Of a stretch of 64,000 nucleotides of DNA, positions 26,243 through 36,788 are shown in pieces. The notes beneath the pieces are model-generated. The model was not told the origin of the DNA. It made no database searches and saw only the letters and a program-made list of their open reading frames with translations. Source of the DNA: an uncultured Paraglaciecola sp. (lineage in GTDB: Bacteria; Pseudomonadota; Gammaproteobacteria; Enterobacterales; Alteromonadaceae). Made by a program: the position numbers and the translations under genes. The stretch spans positions 6,667-70,666 of the forward strand of contig NZ_CAKZKO010000011.1 in assembly GCF_937123705.1 (NCBI RefSeq). The letters are read 5' to 3'. The number at the start of each line of letters is the position of its first letter. Position 1 is the stretch's first letter.

Positions 26243-27025
26243 TTACTCCGCAGCTTTGATTGGTAGTTTAAGAAGATCAGCTGGCAATAGTTTGTTGGCC
26301 ATGCGCACAGCAATTACGACTGGATTAATATATTCAGCACCCAATTCTTGCCAAGCTCTATCATCATTATCCCAAACCCATGCACTTTTGCCATCAAGAG
26401 ACAAAGCTAAATGCGCGGTACGGCCTAGGTTGAAGAAATCTACAGTGATTTCGGTTCCCTGATAATCTAACTTACCTTGGTAAGCTCGGATTGTACCACC
26501 GTACTGATTCTCGATTTGGTAGGCCTCAATAACCTGACGAAATTGCTCAGAGGTCGTAACATTTGAATTAGCCATAACATCACGTAGACGTTCAACTCGC
26601 TCTCTACGCTCATCGAGATTAATAGGCACATCAAGTTCAATAAACTTCTCTAAGCTATCAATCATTCTAAACATAAGCGGAACTACGCCACGTTTAACGC
26701 CATCAATACCATCAATTTGAGTTTGAAGTGAATCAATACCACGTTGCTGATCGGCAACAAGGGTTGCGACATAATCGTTATACACTTTTAAATTTTCTGT
26801 TTCGTCAACGATTCCACGATACTCAACAAACAATTCCTGTGACTGTTCATACAGATTGTTTATTTTCTTTTGGGATTTCGCTGCAGCCGCGTGAATTTTA
26901 GCTTCTTCTTTATGAAGATCACTTAACGGATCTGCAGAGACAACGGCGCTGCTACCGAGTGCAAACGCACCTACGACGGCAGAAGCAATTAGGTTTCTCT
27001 TGCTCATTTTGGACATAATTCCCAA
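26243..27025 (-). CDS. DUF3450 / TtpB-like periplasmic protein
   Basis: Signal peptide, coiled coil, PLM..M...L..F...D.P; first gene of the TonB2 cluster. Confidence 0.85.
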   Translation of the reverse strand: MGIMSKMSKRNLIASAVVGAFALGSSAVVSADPLSDLHKEEAKIHAAAAKSQKKINNLYEQSQELFVEYRGIVDETENLKVYNDYVATLVADQQRGIDSLQTQIDGIDGVKRGVVPLMFRMIDSLEKFIELDVPINLDERRERVERLRDVMANSNVTTSEQFRQVIEAYQIENQYGGTIRAYQGKLDYQGTEITVDFFNLGRTAHLALSLDGKSAWVWDNDDRAWQELGAEYINPVVIAVRMANKLLPADLLKLPIKAAE

Positions 27026-27351
27026 CCAATTTTCTTTTTTTGAATCCTCGTCACGCAGTATATTTTGCAGACAAGGGGCTTTAAAGCTCTATTTATTTAA
27101 GGGGCTTAACTTTTACAAATATAAAGGCTAAGACGGTAGAATGTTCACACGTATGTAAGTAAATTGTCAAGAAACTAACACGCTATAAACAAATATTTTG
27201 TAGCAAATATGCTGTTGTGTTCAGAAATCAAGCATCATAGACGCCATGCTAATACTAATTAACCAAAACTTGATGTTAGAAAGTACTAGGTTAATTATAA
27301 CAAAGGTGTATATATTGATCACTTCATTTGATTTTTTGATAAGGAAGTAAC

Positions 27352-27612
27352 ATGAAGCTAGATGATGATATCCATAACTATTACGAACACTTAGTATTAG
27401 AAAGAATAGATACATTAGCGTTGACTCAATCAAAAGAGGAAGATTATTTGGCTGATTTATGCTGTCTTGCTTTGAATCAGTTGCAACCGAAATATATTAG
27501 ATTTGAAGTAGATATGTCATTTTACCTACCACAAAATGAACGGCAACAAATGGAGATGAATGTTGTTAATGCGGTCAATCAGGCGATAAAGTTTTTAGAT
27601 CAAAATAACTGA
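27352..27612 (+). CDS. ComFB-family protein
   Basis: IHNYYE...DLCCLALNQL.P.Y motif. Confidence 0.85.
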   Translation: MKLDDDIHNYYEHLVLERIDTLALTQSKEEDYLADLCCLALNQLQPKYIRFEVDMSFYLPQNERQQMEMNVVNAVNQAIKFLDQNN

Positions 27613-27626
27613 ACAGAGACTAAATT

Positions 27627-27737
27627 GGTGGCTCCCTTTCAGCCACACCTCGGCACATGAGTCATTTGCTGCGGCTGCTCCCTTCCAGGCCTGACCGGGT
27701 TCACAAATTATCATTGCGAGGGGACCGAAAGGTCACC
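27627..27737 (-). ncRNA. ffs: Signal recognition particle RNA (4.5S)
   Basis: Minus strand GGTCAGGCCTGGAAGGGAGCAGCC within a long hairpin closed by GGTGACCTTTC/GAAAGGGAGCCACC. Confidence 0.93.
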
Positions 27738-27849
27738 ATTGAAAGCCTAACGGCATGTTGACACATATCGTCAAAGGCGGGCGCATTATGAACAAAGCTA
27801 ATGTCAGATGCAACCCACTTTTGACTTCTTTGGTTTGTTAGATTAACTA

Positions 27850-28896
27850 TTAACCAAAACGTTCTTCCGCAATTTGATTAGCCACTATATTTGTCGCAAT
27901 TCCTTGTGACTGGGCGCGACTGTATATCTCTAATAATGTGTCACTAATTTTTTCGATATGCTCTCGCATTTGCGAATCAGAACTAGAAATAGATTGATGG
28001 TATATGTCAATAATACCACCAGCATTAATGACATAGTCAGGAGCATATAAGATCCCCTTGTCGGCCAACAACTGGCCAAACTCTTCTTTTGCCAACTGAT
28101 TATTTGCAGCACCAGCAATGGCTTTGACTTTTAATCTCGCAATATTTTTCTCATCAAGTATGGCTCCCATTGCACACGGAGCAAACACATCCACATCTAA
28201 GTCGAAGATATCTTCTGGGCTGACGGCAATAGCTGAGTATTCATTAACCGCCTTTTCAATATTCTCAGTATGGATATCTGTCACATACAAACAAGCACCT
28301 TGGCTATGCAAATGTTTAGCTAAACGAAGACCAACATGCCCTAACCCCTGAATGGCGACTTTTACGCCATTCAGATCTGAATTCATAGCTTTGGCAACAG
28401 TTGTTTTAAGACCAACATACACCCCATAAGCTGTTGAGGGGGCTGGATTACCATCAGCAGGCTCTGAGTTAATATGATATTTAGCTTGGATACCCGATAC
28501 GTGCCGGGTTTGATTTCCCATTAACTTCAAATCATCTACAGTCAAACCTGAGTCTTCAGCACTGATATATTTCCCTGATAGGCTATCAATAAAGTTGCCC
28601 ATGGCTACCATTTTCTCAGGAGTTTTCTCAGTGCGAGGATTTCCAATGATAACAGCCTTGCCTCCGCCTTGATTCAGGCCTGCCATCGCGGCTTTATAGG
28701 TCATTCCCTTCGACAATCTTAATACATCTCGCAACGCTTCTTCATCAGTTGCATAGGGCCACATACGACATCCCCCTAGCGCATTACCAAGGTTTGAGTT
28801 ATGTACCGCTATAATTGCTTTTAGCCCACTACTTGCGTCTTGATAAAAAGCTACATGTTCATGTCCGTCAAATTCACTGTGCTCAAAAACCGACAT
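27850..28896 (-). CDS. Leucine dehydrogenase (Glu/Leu/Phe/Val dehydrogenase family)
   Basis: ALGGCRM, LSKGMTYK, GGGKAV, QGLGHVG, AGAANNQL. Confidence 0.92.
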   Translation of the reverse strand: MSVFEHSEFDGHEHVAFYQDASSGLKAIIAVHNSNLGNALGGCRMWPYATDEEALRDVLRLSKGMTYKAAMAGLNQGGGKAVIIGNPRTEKTPEKMVAMGNFIDSLSGKYISAEDSGLTVDDLKLMGNQTRHVSGIQAKYHINSEPADGNPAPSTAYGVYVGLKTTVAKAMNSDLNGVKVAIQGLGHVGLRLAKHLHSQGACLYVTDIHTENIEKAVNEYSAIAVSPEDIFDLDVDVFAPCAMGAILDEKNIARLKVKAIAGAANNQLAKEEFGQLLADKGILYAPDYVINAGGIIDIYHQSISSSDSQMREHIEKISDTLLEIYSRAQSQGIATNIVANQIAEERFG

Positions 28897-29110
28897 TTTT
28901 TTCCCCGATTAGACTAGATATTAAGTGATCATATCTCATAAGACATAGGACATTTTTTGCAACTTTAATGAGCTGGTTATCTCGTTACATTAATAAATCA
29001 CCGGTAAATAGCGTCACTAGGATAAATATCCTCTTTTTTGCCTTGAAAAAGAATTGATTTTTCATCATGCTATAACCAAAGTTTAGGTCTCTAATGAAAC
29101 AATATATATT

Positions 29111-29578
29111 ATGAAAATAGATAAGTTTGATCGAGAAATTTTGCGGGTTATGCAAAAGGATGCGACCGTTTCTATGGCTGATTTAAGTCAAAAAGTGGGG
29201 TTGTCACACACGCCTTGTTGGCGCAGAGTAAAACGCCTTGAAGCTGAGAAAGTTATTTTGCAAAAAGTAACTTTGCTGGATAGTAAAAAACTAAATTTGG
29301 GCGTCTCTGTTTTTATATATGTCACCCTAAAAAACCATGATGGTGAGTCTTTAAATGACTTTGAAAAAGCAGTTCAGAGCATAGATGCAATAGTTGAATG
29401 TCATACCACAAGTGGCGATAAAGACTATTTACTTAAGGTCATTGTTGAAAATATAGAAGAATATGAACATTTGCTAAAGACAACCCTAACAAATTTGCCT
29501 TTAGTCGATCACCTAAGTTCTACTTTTGCACTTAAACAGGTTAAAAACACCACTGAATTACCTATTAAAAATTTGTGA
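29111..29578 (+). CDS. Lrp/AsnC-family regulator
   Basis: DKFDREIL...VGLSHTPCWRRVKRLE...ECHTTSGDKDYLLKV. Confidence 0.93.
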   Translation: MKIDKFDREILRVMQKDATVSMADLSQKVGLSHTPCWRRVKRLEAEKVILQKVTLLDSKKLNLGVSVFIYVTLKNHDGESLNDFEKAVQSIDAIVECHTTSGDKDYLLKVIVENIEEYEHLLKTTLTNLPLVDHLSSTFALKQVKNTTELPIKNL

Positions 29579-29581
29579 ACT

Positions 29582-29846
29582 TATACCAATTCATCTTAAC
29601 AATTAGTCACTCAGAGAACATCAGCGACTTTCAATCAAGGCGTAGTCCTGCAGGAATGGCCGCCCTCTTTCAAAGGGCTAGAACGAAGAGTGAAAGTCGC
29701 TGCTGTTCTCCCTTTGGGCGAGGTTTAAAAGCACCTACTCTGCGTTGCCCGAACTTACAATAGAATAACTATTGCTTCATTCGAGCGCCTTGATTAGGTG
29801 CTTTTAAATCTCGCTGAGTGATCAATTATTAGGATGAATTGGTATT
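29582..29846. mobile_element. MITE-like repeat with about 32-bp terminal inverted repeats
   Basis: ATACCAATTCATCTTAACAATTAGTCACTCAG ... CTGAGTGATCAATTATTAGGATGAATTGGTAT, with two internal 97-bp hairpins. Confidence 0.85.
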
Positions 29847-31401
29847 ATACTATTTTCACGGTTTTTTTATTGATGCCGTAATCTCGTAGTTTATTAGCCA
29901 CTGCTGTATGACTTAAGCCTAGCTTTTTAGCTAATTGCCTAGTACTAGGAAAGCTAGGATACAAACGCATCAGTATGTCTTTTTCGAAACGTTTGACTTC
30001 GTCATCTAAACTCCCGGTAAACTCTTGCGATACAAAACTCACGGTTTCTGAACAAGACGGTAACTGGATCTGTTCTTTTTCAAGGGCGCTACCTTCAAGT
30101 AATGACACAGCGCGATATAGTGCGTTTTCAAGTTGCCTTACATTGCCAGGCCAAGGATAAGTCTGCAAATAGTGTGAGCAAGCCTTAGTCATCTTTGGGG
30201 CTTTACGCCCTAATTTAACGCTATGTTGTTTAATAAATCTTTCAGCTAACGCAACGATATCTGACTTGCGCTCTCGTAAAGGAGGGAGCACTAAGTTCAA
30301 TACATTCAATCGATAAAAAAGATCCGCTCTAAATTGCCCCTCTTGTATCAACTTACCTAAGTCCTTTTGGGTAGTACACATGATCCGCGCATCCAGCAAC
30401 AGGTCTTTTTCATCTCCTATCTTTCGATACCGGCCACTTTGTAAAACCTGTAACAGCTTTACTTGCAGCTCAATTGATAAATCTGCCACTTCATTTATTA
30501 ACAAAGTTCCGCCTTGAACTAGCTCTAATAACCCAGCTTTATCCTCGGTTTGTGTACCTGGGTCGGCCACTATACCAAAAAGTTCTGCCTCTGCTACATC
30601 AGCAGATGCAGCACAGTTGAAAGTTAAAAAACCATATTCATTACGTCTACTGGCCTCATGGCACGCTTTAGCTAGTATTTGTTTCCCTGCGCCTGTTTCA
30701 CCAAAAATAATGATTGGCTCATCTAATTCGGCCAATCGTTTAGCCTCTTTCACGACATTTTTCATGGCCTTACTCTCTGCCTGAATAGCGAGAAAGCTAT
30801 CTGGGCTCGCCTTGTGAAAAACGGTGAGCTGTTGCCCTAATCTGAGCTCAGACTTCAGCATAAATACAGCGCCTGCCAATATATCAGCGTCATCTGAGTT
30901 GGGGACCATTACGGGTAACATATCAACCAAATAATCTTGTTCTAAAAACCTAATCCTTTGTGCTTGGGCCTGAGGATTGTTACACTCCAACCAACGAGTA
31001 ACATTAAACCCTTTAAGAAATTCTCCGATCTCACTGCCAATAATTTCTCCCTTAGGGATATCTAAGTTTGATATAACGGCTTCATTTATTAGAATGATTT
31101 TGCCTTTGGTGTCCACTGAAAATACAGGATCAGGCAAAGTCTGCAGCAGCGCCTTTAGTTGATACTGCTCACGTTCTATCGGCATAAAAGGAGTAGTTTT
31201 TACATCTTCAATACCCTCAATTTTGCGGATTTTGGGCATTAAGTGCTGAAAATCTGCAAATTCAATATTTGGGAAATTTAGGTAAATTTTACCTTGCTCA
31301 TCAATCTCAATGCCACGTAAATCAATTTCGTGTTCAACTAATATATCCAAAACGTCTTGGGCTATACCCAAACGATCCTGACAGTTTACTTCTAAACGCA
31401 T
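29845..31401 (-). CDS. tyrR: TyrR/PhhR transcriptional regulator
   Basis: ACT domain MRLEVNCQDRLG, PAS, AAA+ GETGAGK, HTH STRQLAKKLGLSHTAVANKLR. Confidence 0.95.
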   Translation of the reverse strand: MRLEVNCQDRLGIAQDVLDILVEHEIDLRGIEIDEQGKIYLNFPNIEFADFQHLMPKIRKIEGIEDVKTTPFMPIEREQYQLKALLQTLPDPVFSVDTKGKIILINEAVISNLDIPKGEIIGSEIGEFLKGFNVTRWLECNNPQAQAQRIRFLEQDYLVDMLPVMVPNSDDADILAGAVFMLKSELRLGQQLTVFHKASPDSFLAIQAESKAMKNVVKEAKRLAELDEPIIIFGETGAGKQILAKACHEASRRNEYGFLTFNCAASADVAEAELFGIVADPGTQTEDKAGLLELVQGGTLLINEVADLSIELQVKLLQVLQSGRYRKIGDEKDLLLDARIMCTTQKDLGKLIQEGQFRADLFYRLNVLNLVLPPLRERKSDIVALAERFIKQHSVKLGRKAPKMTKACSHYLQTYPWPGNVRQLENALYRAVSLLEGSALEKEQIQLPSCSETVSFVSQEFTGSLDDEVKRFEKDILMRLYPSFPSTRQLAKKLGLSHTAVANKLRDYGINKKTVKIV

Positions 31402-31529
31402 TTAGAACCTCATTTGTATACAAAACCAAATCTTTCGTTCGTGAATTAGTTTGTTTTCCAGCAACACTCCCGATGCTTCTAATGTAGAGTTGAATGATGC
31501 TTAGGATACGCCAGCTCAACTTGAGCTGG

Positions 31530-31547
31530 CGTAAAGATATTATTACA
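31530..31547. promoter_or_regulatory. TyrR-box-like site upstream of tyrR
   Basis: CGTAAA-N6-ATTACA versus the consensus TGTAAA-N6-TTTACA. Confidence 0.55.
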
Positions 31548-31619
31548 ATTGGCAGGTATAGGGTAGTGTTATTCTAGAATAGATAATTGGCTTTTGACTG
31601 GGTGATAAAAATCAAACAA

Positions 31620-32420
31620 TCAACTTGCTTGTTTGGTTTTAGGTAAAAATTTAGGTTCAAACAACCCCAGTTTTTTGGCTTGGTTCACTAAAGACATAAG
31701 ATCCATTTCTGCAATGTCAAAAAGAGAGTCAAATGATTCAAGCATGTAATAGATAGGCTGCATGATATCGATTCTGTATGGTGTCCTTAACGCGTCTAAA
31801 GGTTTCATAGGTAAGTGTTCACATTTATCTGAACCTAGGGCATAAATTGTCTCTCCAGGCGAAGACAAGATACCACCACCATAAACTCGCGGACCGTCAA
31901 CGGTGTCAACCAAACCAAATTCGACAGTAAACCAATACAAGCGAGCTAAATACGCCCTATCTTCTTTACTAGCTGCGTAGCCTAGTTTCCCGTAAGTATG
32001 AGTGAAATGAGCAAAAGCTGGATTCGTTAATAATGGACAATGCCCAAAGATTTCATGAAAAATATCCGGCTCTTGCAGATAGTCGAACTCTTCATTGGAA
32101 CGTATAAACGTGGCCACAGGAAATTGTTTATTTGCTAACAAACGAAAGAACTCATCAAAGTTAATCAAGGACGGAACTTCCTTAACTTGCCAGCCTGTTG
32201 TCTCTTTCAATACCGAATTGATGTCGGCTAACTGCGGAATATATTCAGTGGGTAAATCGAGTAATGCCAGTCCATCAAGGTACTCATTACAAGCTCTACC
32301 TTGCAATAAGGTCTTTTGCTCTTTAAGCAATGATGCCCAAGTTTTATTCTCTTGCTCACTCCAATTGACTACACCATTCTCATCGGGCTCGTGGGATACA
32401 TAAGTGGTACTTTTTGACAT
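31620..32420 (-). CDS. phhA: Phenylalanine 4-monooxygenase
   Basis: YLQEPDIFHEIFGH, LYWFTVEFGL, GGGILSS. Confidence 0.96.
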   Translation of the reverse strand: MSKSTTYVSHEPDENGVVNWSEQENKTWASLLKEQKTLLQGRACNEYLDGLALLDLPTEYIPQLADINSVLKETTGWQVKEVPSLINFDEFFRLLANKQFPVATFIRSNEEFDYLQEPDIFHEIFGHCPLLTNPAFAHFTHTYGKLGYAASKEDRAYLARLYWFTVEFGLVDTVDGPRVYGGGILSSPGETIYALGSDKCEHLPMKPLDALRTPYRIDIMQPIYYMLESFDSLFDIAEMDLMSLVNQAKKLGLFEPKFLPKTKQAS

Positions 32421-32515
32421 GAAACTACATTAACTTTTAATAAACATAGTACAAAATTGTACGCACCCTTCATCAAATCTAAAGCCTTTAGGGTGTATTT
32501 ATGTAATGATGAAAT

Positions 32516-32533
32516 TGTAAATAATAGCTTACA
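32516..32533. promoter_or_regulatory. TyrR/PhhR box upstream of phhA
   Basis: TGTAAA-TAATAG-CTTACA. Confidence 0.7.
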
Positions 32534-32575
32534 CAAGTGTTAATATTGTCAACATTAGCGCTCTTTAACTAAGTG

Positions 32576-33634
32576 CTAACTAATGTGTTTATTCAGGTCA
32601 GCCAAAAGCTGTTTACTAATACCCGACAAGCCTGGTTTTGCTTGAGATAACCAAGGTAATGGCCGGCTTTCATTAATAGCCTTAATACCAATTCTAGCGG
32701 TCAAGACTCCTGCCCCTAAGCCCTGTGCTACTCGTGTTGATAACTTACCAGTTATGCCAGCTCCTAAAGCATAATTGCCCGCATCAGACAAAATCTCGGC
32801 GGCGCCAGCGTACAGCATTGTATGAAATATCTTACGGATTAGCGTTATCCTCCCCCAATAACCTAAATGTAAACCATAGATCTCACTCACTTGATTCATC
32901 ATCCGAATGTTGCGCCACAACACAATCAACATATCCAACAACGCAAAAGGGCTAACCGCAATCATAACACTGGCGGCAGAGGCATTTTGACTCACATGCT
33001 TTATGGCCAATTGATCAATAGGCGCTAATACTTGGTGTTCGAACAAAGCTAACACTTCACTATCACTGTGATGTGGGTCAATGCTATTTCGCCAATTTTC
33101 CGCTAAGTGCTGATAGTCTTGGGCCAAATTTTTAGTTATTTTTAGGCAATGTTGCTCCGCCAAACCTATGACATTTGTCGCGGCCATTTGCTCAGATTGC
33201 GCACGGATCGCTTGCTGATATTTAAGTTGTCTCAGCCCTTTATATTCAACAATGACTAGGCGAACAACTATTCCCCCTAATCCAAAGAGAATAACTAACC
33301 AAACGCCTGCCAACCAGTCCATTGCTTTAATAGTCGTCACAACAAAAATGGCTAGCTCGGCAATACTTGCAAAGATCACTGCAATCAATAAAATCACCAG
33401 CCACTTGTGCTTAGCTTTTTTGACGGCTATCACTTCAGTAGACGACAAAGACAAGGTGCTATCTATAGGTTCATTACCTAGATCAACAGAGTCAAGATCA
33501 TCCACTACTACTGCGGATTTGATACTTGGTTGCGAACTCAAATCGGCACTCTTATTGTCAAAAACATCAGCACCTTTAAGCTTTACCGCGGCTTTAATTG
33601 CTTGTTGCTCTTGGTGTTCAGAAGTGGGTTTCAT
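32576..33634 (-). CDS. ycjF: YcjF-family membrane protein
   Basis: AVSPFALLDM, QGLGAGVLTARIG, RPLPW. Confidence 0.93.
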   Translation of the reverse strand: MKPTSEHQEQQAIKAAVKLKGADVFDNKSADLSSQPSIKSAVVVDDLDSVDLGNEPIDSTLSLSSTEVIAVKKAKHKWLVILLIAVIFASIAELAIFVVTTIKAMDWLAGVWLVILFGLGGIVVRLVIVEYKGLRQLKYQQAIRAQSEQMAATNVIGLAEQHCLKITKNLAQDYQHLAENWRNSIDPHHSDSEVLALFEHQVLAPIDQLAIKHVSQNASAASVMIAVSPFALLDMLIVLWRNIRMMNQVSEIYGLHLGYWGRITLIRKIFHTMLYAGAAEILSDAGNYALGAGITGKLSTRVAQGLGAGVLTARIGIKAINESRPLPWLSQAKPGLSGISKQLLADLNKHIS

Positions 33635-35061
33635 TGCAATTTATCCTCCAATAAAAAGTTGAGGATCTGATCCATTCTAATATGTGGCAGCACGTGTTCG
33701 GAATTTATCACTGGTGGCGACAATTTCGGAAACTCAAACCGTTGTTGTTTCCAAAACTCAGGTTCCGGACAGCTTTGTGGCACTTCCCCCGGAAACAATG
33801 TAATGGACTCACCTTTTTCATTGGTGCCTTGTAGTACAGGAATGCTTTCATTCTTAACTCTGCCATAGCCAGATTCAGACGCTCGAATAGCCGATACCGC
33901 TGTCGATTCTGTACTCACGCCTTCAAATTGTATTTGCTTCCTTGCATTATGTAGCATGCTTTCTAACAGCTTAACTAAATTAGTCTGCTGATCAGGTGTT
34001 ATATGATCAGCTTTACTTGCCGCAAACACTAATTTATCAATTCTAGGTTGGAACAAGCGATTAAGGATATTAGAAGAGCCATATTGAAAACTGCCCATTA
34101 ACCAATTTAACGCTTTCTGTAAATCTTGATAGCTATGGAAGCCACGATTTAACGCAGATAAACAATCAACTAATACAACTTGTCTGTCAAATCCCTTAAA
34201 GTGGTCTTTGTAAAATGGTTGAACAACATGGGTTTTGTAATATTGAAAGCGTTTACACAACAACTCTGCATTACTGTCTTGTTGCGGTGAGTTGATATCA
34301 ACGCCTTGCGTTTCAAGTTGCTTTTCAGCAATCGGAAAAAATTGTAAAACAGGCGCCCCAGACAATTCACCAGGTAATATAAATCGACCAGGTTGCAATA
34401 GTTGATAACCCTGCTTTTGGCAATCCACTAAATATTGGCTGTACAACTTTGCCACATTCTGTAACGCCAATTCGTCACCTTTGGCATTGAGATCTAGCTT
34501 CTCTACCGCTTCGAAAAACTCGCTAGCAAGGAGCCGTCTCTGTGGATCCAAAAGCTCCTCTTGACAATGTTTCGACCATTGCTGGTAATCCATTTCTAGC
34601 AGCGGTAAATCGAGTAACCATTCCCCTGGATAATCTGTAATATCAAGAGTGAGGGTCGCATCTTCTGTTAGGTATTTACTCAACCCTTTACTCTTTTTAT
34701 ACTTAATTTTGAGCCTGACTTGAGAAATACCCTTGGTTGACGCTGGCCATTGTGGGGAAGCTTGAGTTAACTTAGCCATGCCATCTTCATACGCAAATCG
34801 GCTAAAACTCAAGTTAGGCTGTACATCTCTTTTTACTCCCACCAAGCGAGATTCTCTGGCCACGGTGAAAAAGGGTAAGTGTGCTAAGTCATTAGCCTCG
34901 ATAAGTTGATTCACTAAAGATGTTATAAAAGCGGTTTTTCCGCTACCGCTCAATCCAGTTACAGCCAAATTAATATGCTGATTTGCCAGTCTTGCGGCCG
35001 TGAGTTTTAGTTTTTGTGTGGTGTGCTGAATATTTGGATGCTGAAAAAAAGAAGTCTGCAT
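33631..35061 (-). CDS. ycjX: YcjX-family P-loop NTPase
   Basis: AVTGLSGSGKTAFITS, DYPGEWLLDL, ASKADH, PHIRMD. Confidence 0.95.
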   Translation of the reverse strand: MQTSFFQHPNIQHTTQKLKLTAARLANQHINLAVTGLSGSGKTAFITSLVNQLIEANDLAHLPFFTVARESRLVGVKRDVQPNLSFSRFAYEDGMAKLTQASPQWPASTKGISQVRLKIKYKKSKGLSKYLTEDATLTLDITDYPGEWLLDLPLLEMDYQQWSKHCQEELLDPQRRLLASEFFEAVEKLDLNAKGDELALQNVAKLYSQYLVDCQKQGYQLLQPGRFILPGELSGAPVLQFFPIAEKQLETQGVDINSPQQDSNAELLCKRFQYYKTHVVQPFYKDHFKGFDRQVVLVDCLSALNRGFHSYQDLQKALNWLMGSFQYGSSNILNRLFQPRIDKLVFAASKADHITPDQQTNLVKLLESMLHNARKQIQFEGVSTESTAVSAIRASESGYGRVKNESIPVLQGTNEKGESITLFPGEVPQSCPEPEFWKQQRFEFPKLSPPVINSEHVLPHIRMDQILNFLLEDKLQ

Positions 35062-35132
35062 AAAAACTGTTATAAGCCTTATGAAATTAGAAAAGCAACG
35101 CTTAGGGCTAACATATAGCCAGCCCCTTTATA

Positions 35133-35597
35133 TTATAATTTATTTAACTCTCGGTTGAGTTGAAACTCAGATGATGTGACATAAGTTTCCATTTTTCTGA
35201 GTCTACTCTCATTTTTTGCAAAGCGCTGTTTTATGTCGCTAAAAGCTTGCTTGGGGGGCTCTCCTGCTTGCCAAACTTTGGATTTCACTACTACTTTTTC
35301 GTGGTTTTGCTCTGATTCATTGTGCCAGCCTTTCCCTTTAGCTTTATCGCGACGACTAGGTGTTACGTACTTGTCACCTGCTACGTTGGTCGATAAACCT
35401 TGAGGCTTTTTTTCAAGAATAAACCATCCGGCAATATACCCAATGACAAAAAATGGCGGCGCTAATAAGAAAAATCCAGTCAGGGTGAGCATACGAACCA
35501 ACCATATTTCCATGCCAAAGTATTCTGCTACCCCAGCACACACTCCAGCTATTTTTCCTCTACTCGGATCACGCTGTAAACTGCCGTAGGTTTTCAT
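35133..35597 (-). CDS. pspC: Phage shock protein C
   Basis: GKIAGVCAG.AEYF and METYVTS..F.L.REL. Confidence 0.95.
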   Translation of the reverse strand: MKTYGSLQRDPSRGKIAGVCAGVAEYFGMEIWLVRMLTLTGFFLLAPPFFVIGYIAGWFILEKKPQGLSTNVAGDKYVTPSRRDKAKGKGWHNESEQNHEKVVVKSKVWQAGEPPKQAFSDIKQRFAKNESRLRKMETYVTSSEFQLNRELNKL

Positions 35598-35830
35598 ACT
35601 TTATTCCTCCACTCAGGTGCCTCTGCATCCAAGATTGACTCTAAAGTATGAATACGGTCTGACATTTTTTCTGCCCTATCGGCTAACTTTTGTAAAGTGT
35701 CGTATTCAACTTCAGTCAGCCCCTGACTAATTTGTTTCTTGCTTCGATAATGCATTATTAACCATATTGGAGCGACAAAAATCATAAATATAATGATAGG
35801 TGCCACTATTATGCCAATCACGTCTTCCAC
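35594..35830 (-). CDS. pspB: Phage shock protein B
   Basis: FVAPIWLIMHY...LESILDAEAPEWR. Confidence 0.95.
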   Translation of the reverse strand: MEDVIGIIVAPIIIFMIFVAPIWLIMHYRSKKQISQGLTEVEYDTLQKLADRAEKMSDRIHTLESILDAEAPEWRNKV

Positions 35831-35872
35831 AGTTGATCTCCTTCTTGTCAGTGTTTACCGATTATCACTAGA

Positions 35873-36550
35873 TTATTTTTTAGTCGCTTTCGATTTAGAT
35901 TGCATTTTTTTCTTTAAGGCGGCTAATTCTTCATCGATATCTTCATCGGTTTCAAGTTCAGCAAACTCATCAGCTAAGGTTTTCTTACCTAAATCATAAG
36001 CATCCACTTGTGATTCTAAATCATCAATCTTACGTTCGTATTGCTCAAAGCGTCCCATGGCGGCGTCCACTTTGCCATTGTCTAGTGTTTTCTTTACTTC
36101 AAGTCTTGAACTGACAGTTTTCTGGCGTAATAAAATCGCTTTTTGACGTGTTTTCGCATCGGCTAATTTATCTTGCAATTGCCCTACTTCACTTTGCAGT
36201 TTAGTAATTTGTTCGTCGACAATCTTAAGCTCAGACGTCAGGGCCGTTGCATGTTCATCACATTTTTTCTTTTCTTGTAAAGCGGCACGGGCTAAGTCTT
36301 CCCTATCCTTGCTAATGGCTAATTCTGCCTTCGCTTTCCAATCCTTCGCCTCGCCTTGCACTTTAGAAATTTGCGCGGCAATGTCTTTTTTACTCGCTAA
36401 GGTTTTTGCAGAAGCAGAACGCACTTCAACTAAGGTGTCTTCCATTTCTTGGATGATTAACCGTACCATTTTTTCCGGATCTTCGGCCTTATCTAAAAGG
36501 GAATTTATATTTGAGTTCACTATGTCGGTGAAACGCGAGAAGATACCCAT
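35873..36550 (-). CDS. pspA: Phage shock protein A
   Basis: MGIFSRFTDIVNSNIN...AEDPEKMVRLIIQEMEDTLVEVR. Confidence 0.97.
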   Translation of the reverse strand: MGIFSRFTDIVNSNINSLLDKAEDPEKMVRLIIQEMEDTLVEVRSASAKTLASKKDIAAQISKVQGEAKDWKAKAELAISKDREDLARAALQEKKKCDEHATALTSELKIVDEQITKLQSEVGQLQDKLADAKTRQKAILLRQKTVSSRLEVKKTLDNGKVDAAMGRFEQYERKIDDLESQVDAYDLGKKTLADEFAELETDEDIDEELAALKKKMQSKSKATKK

Positions 36551-36647
36551 AATCTTTACCTCTTTAATATCAAATGTTAGCTAAATACTATTTAACTGGA
36601 TTGTTGCTGCTTATTGTTCACTCTATCCGAGTTCTACTTAACCTTTA

Positions 36648-36692
36648 TTCAATTTGTAGGCCAACATTGTTTTTTCACTAAATTGTTGATTT
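36648..36692 (-). promoter_or_regulatory. Sigma-54 promoter and IHF site for pspA
   Basis: Minus strand TTGGCCTACAAATTGAA (-24/-12, variant -12) and AATCAACAATTTA (WATCAAN4TTR). Confidence 0.65.
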
Positions 36693-36788
36693 TAAACAAA
36701 TATAAATTTACATGCTGTACTCGGAGATCTACAATAATTAGTAAGCACACTATTAGTTAGTCGTTTAGACCACTTTTTGAGGATATTG

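Noticed and set aside
29575-29763. 62-aa ORF after lrp
   Set aside because: It lies almost entirely within the MITE.
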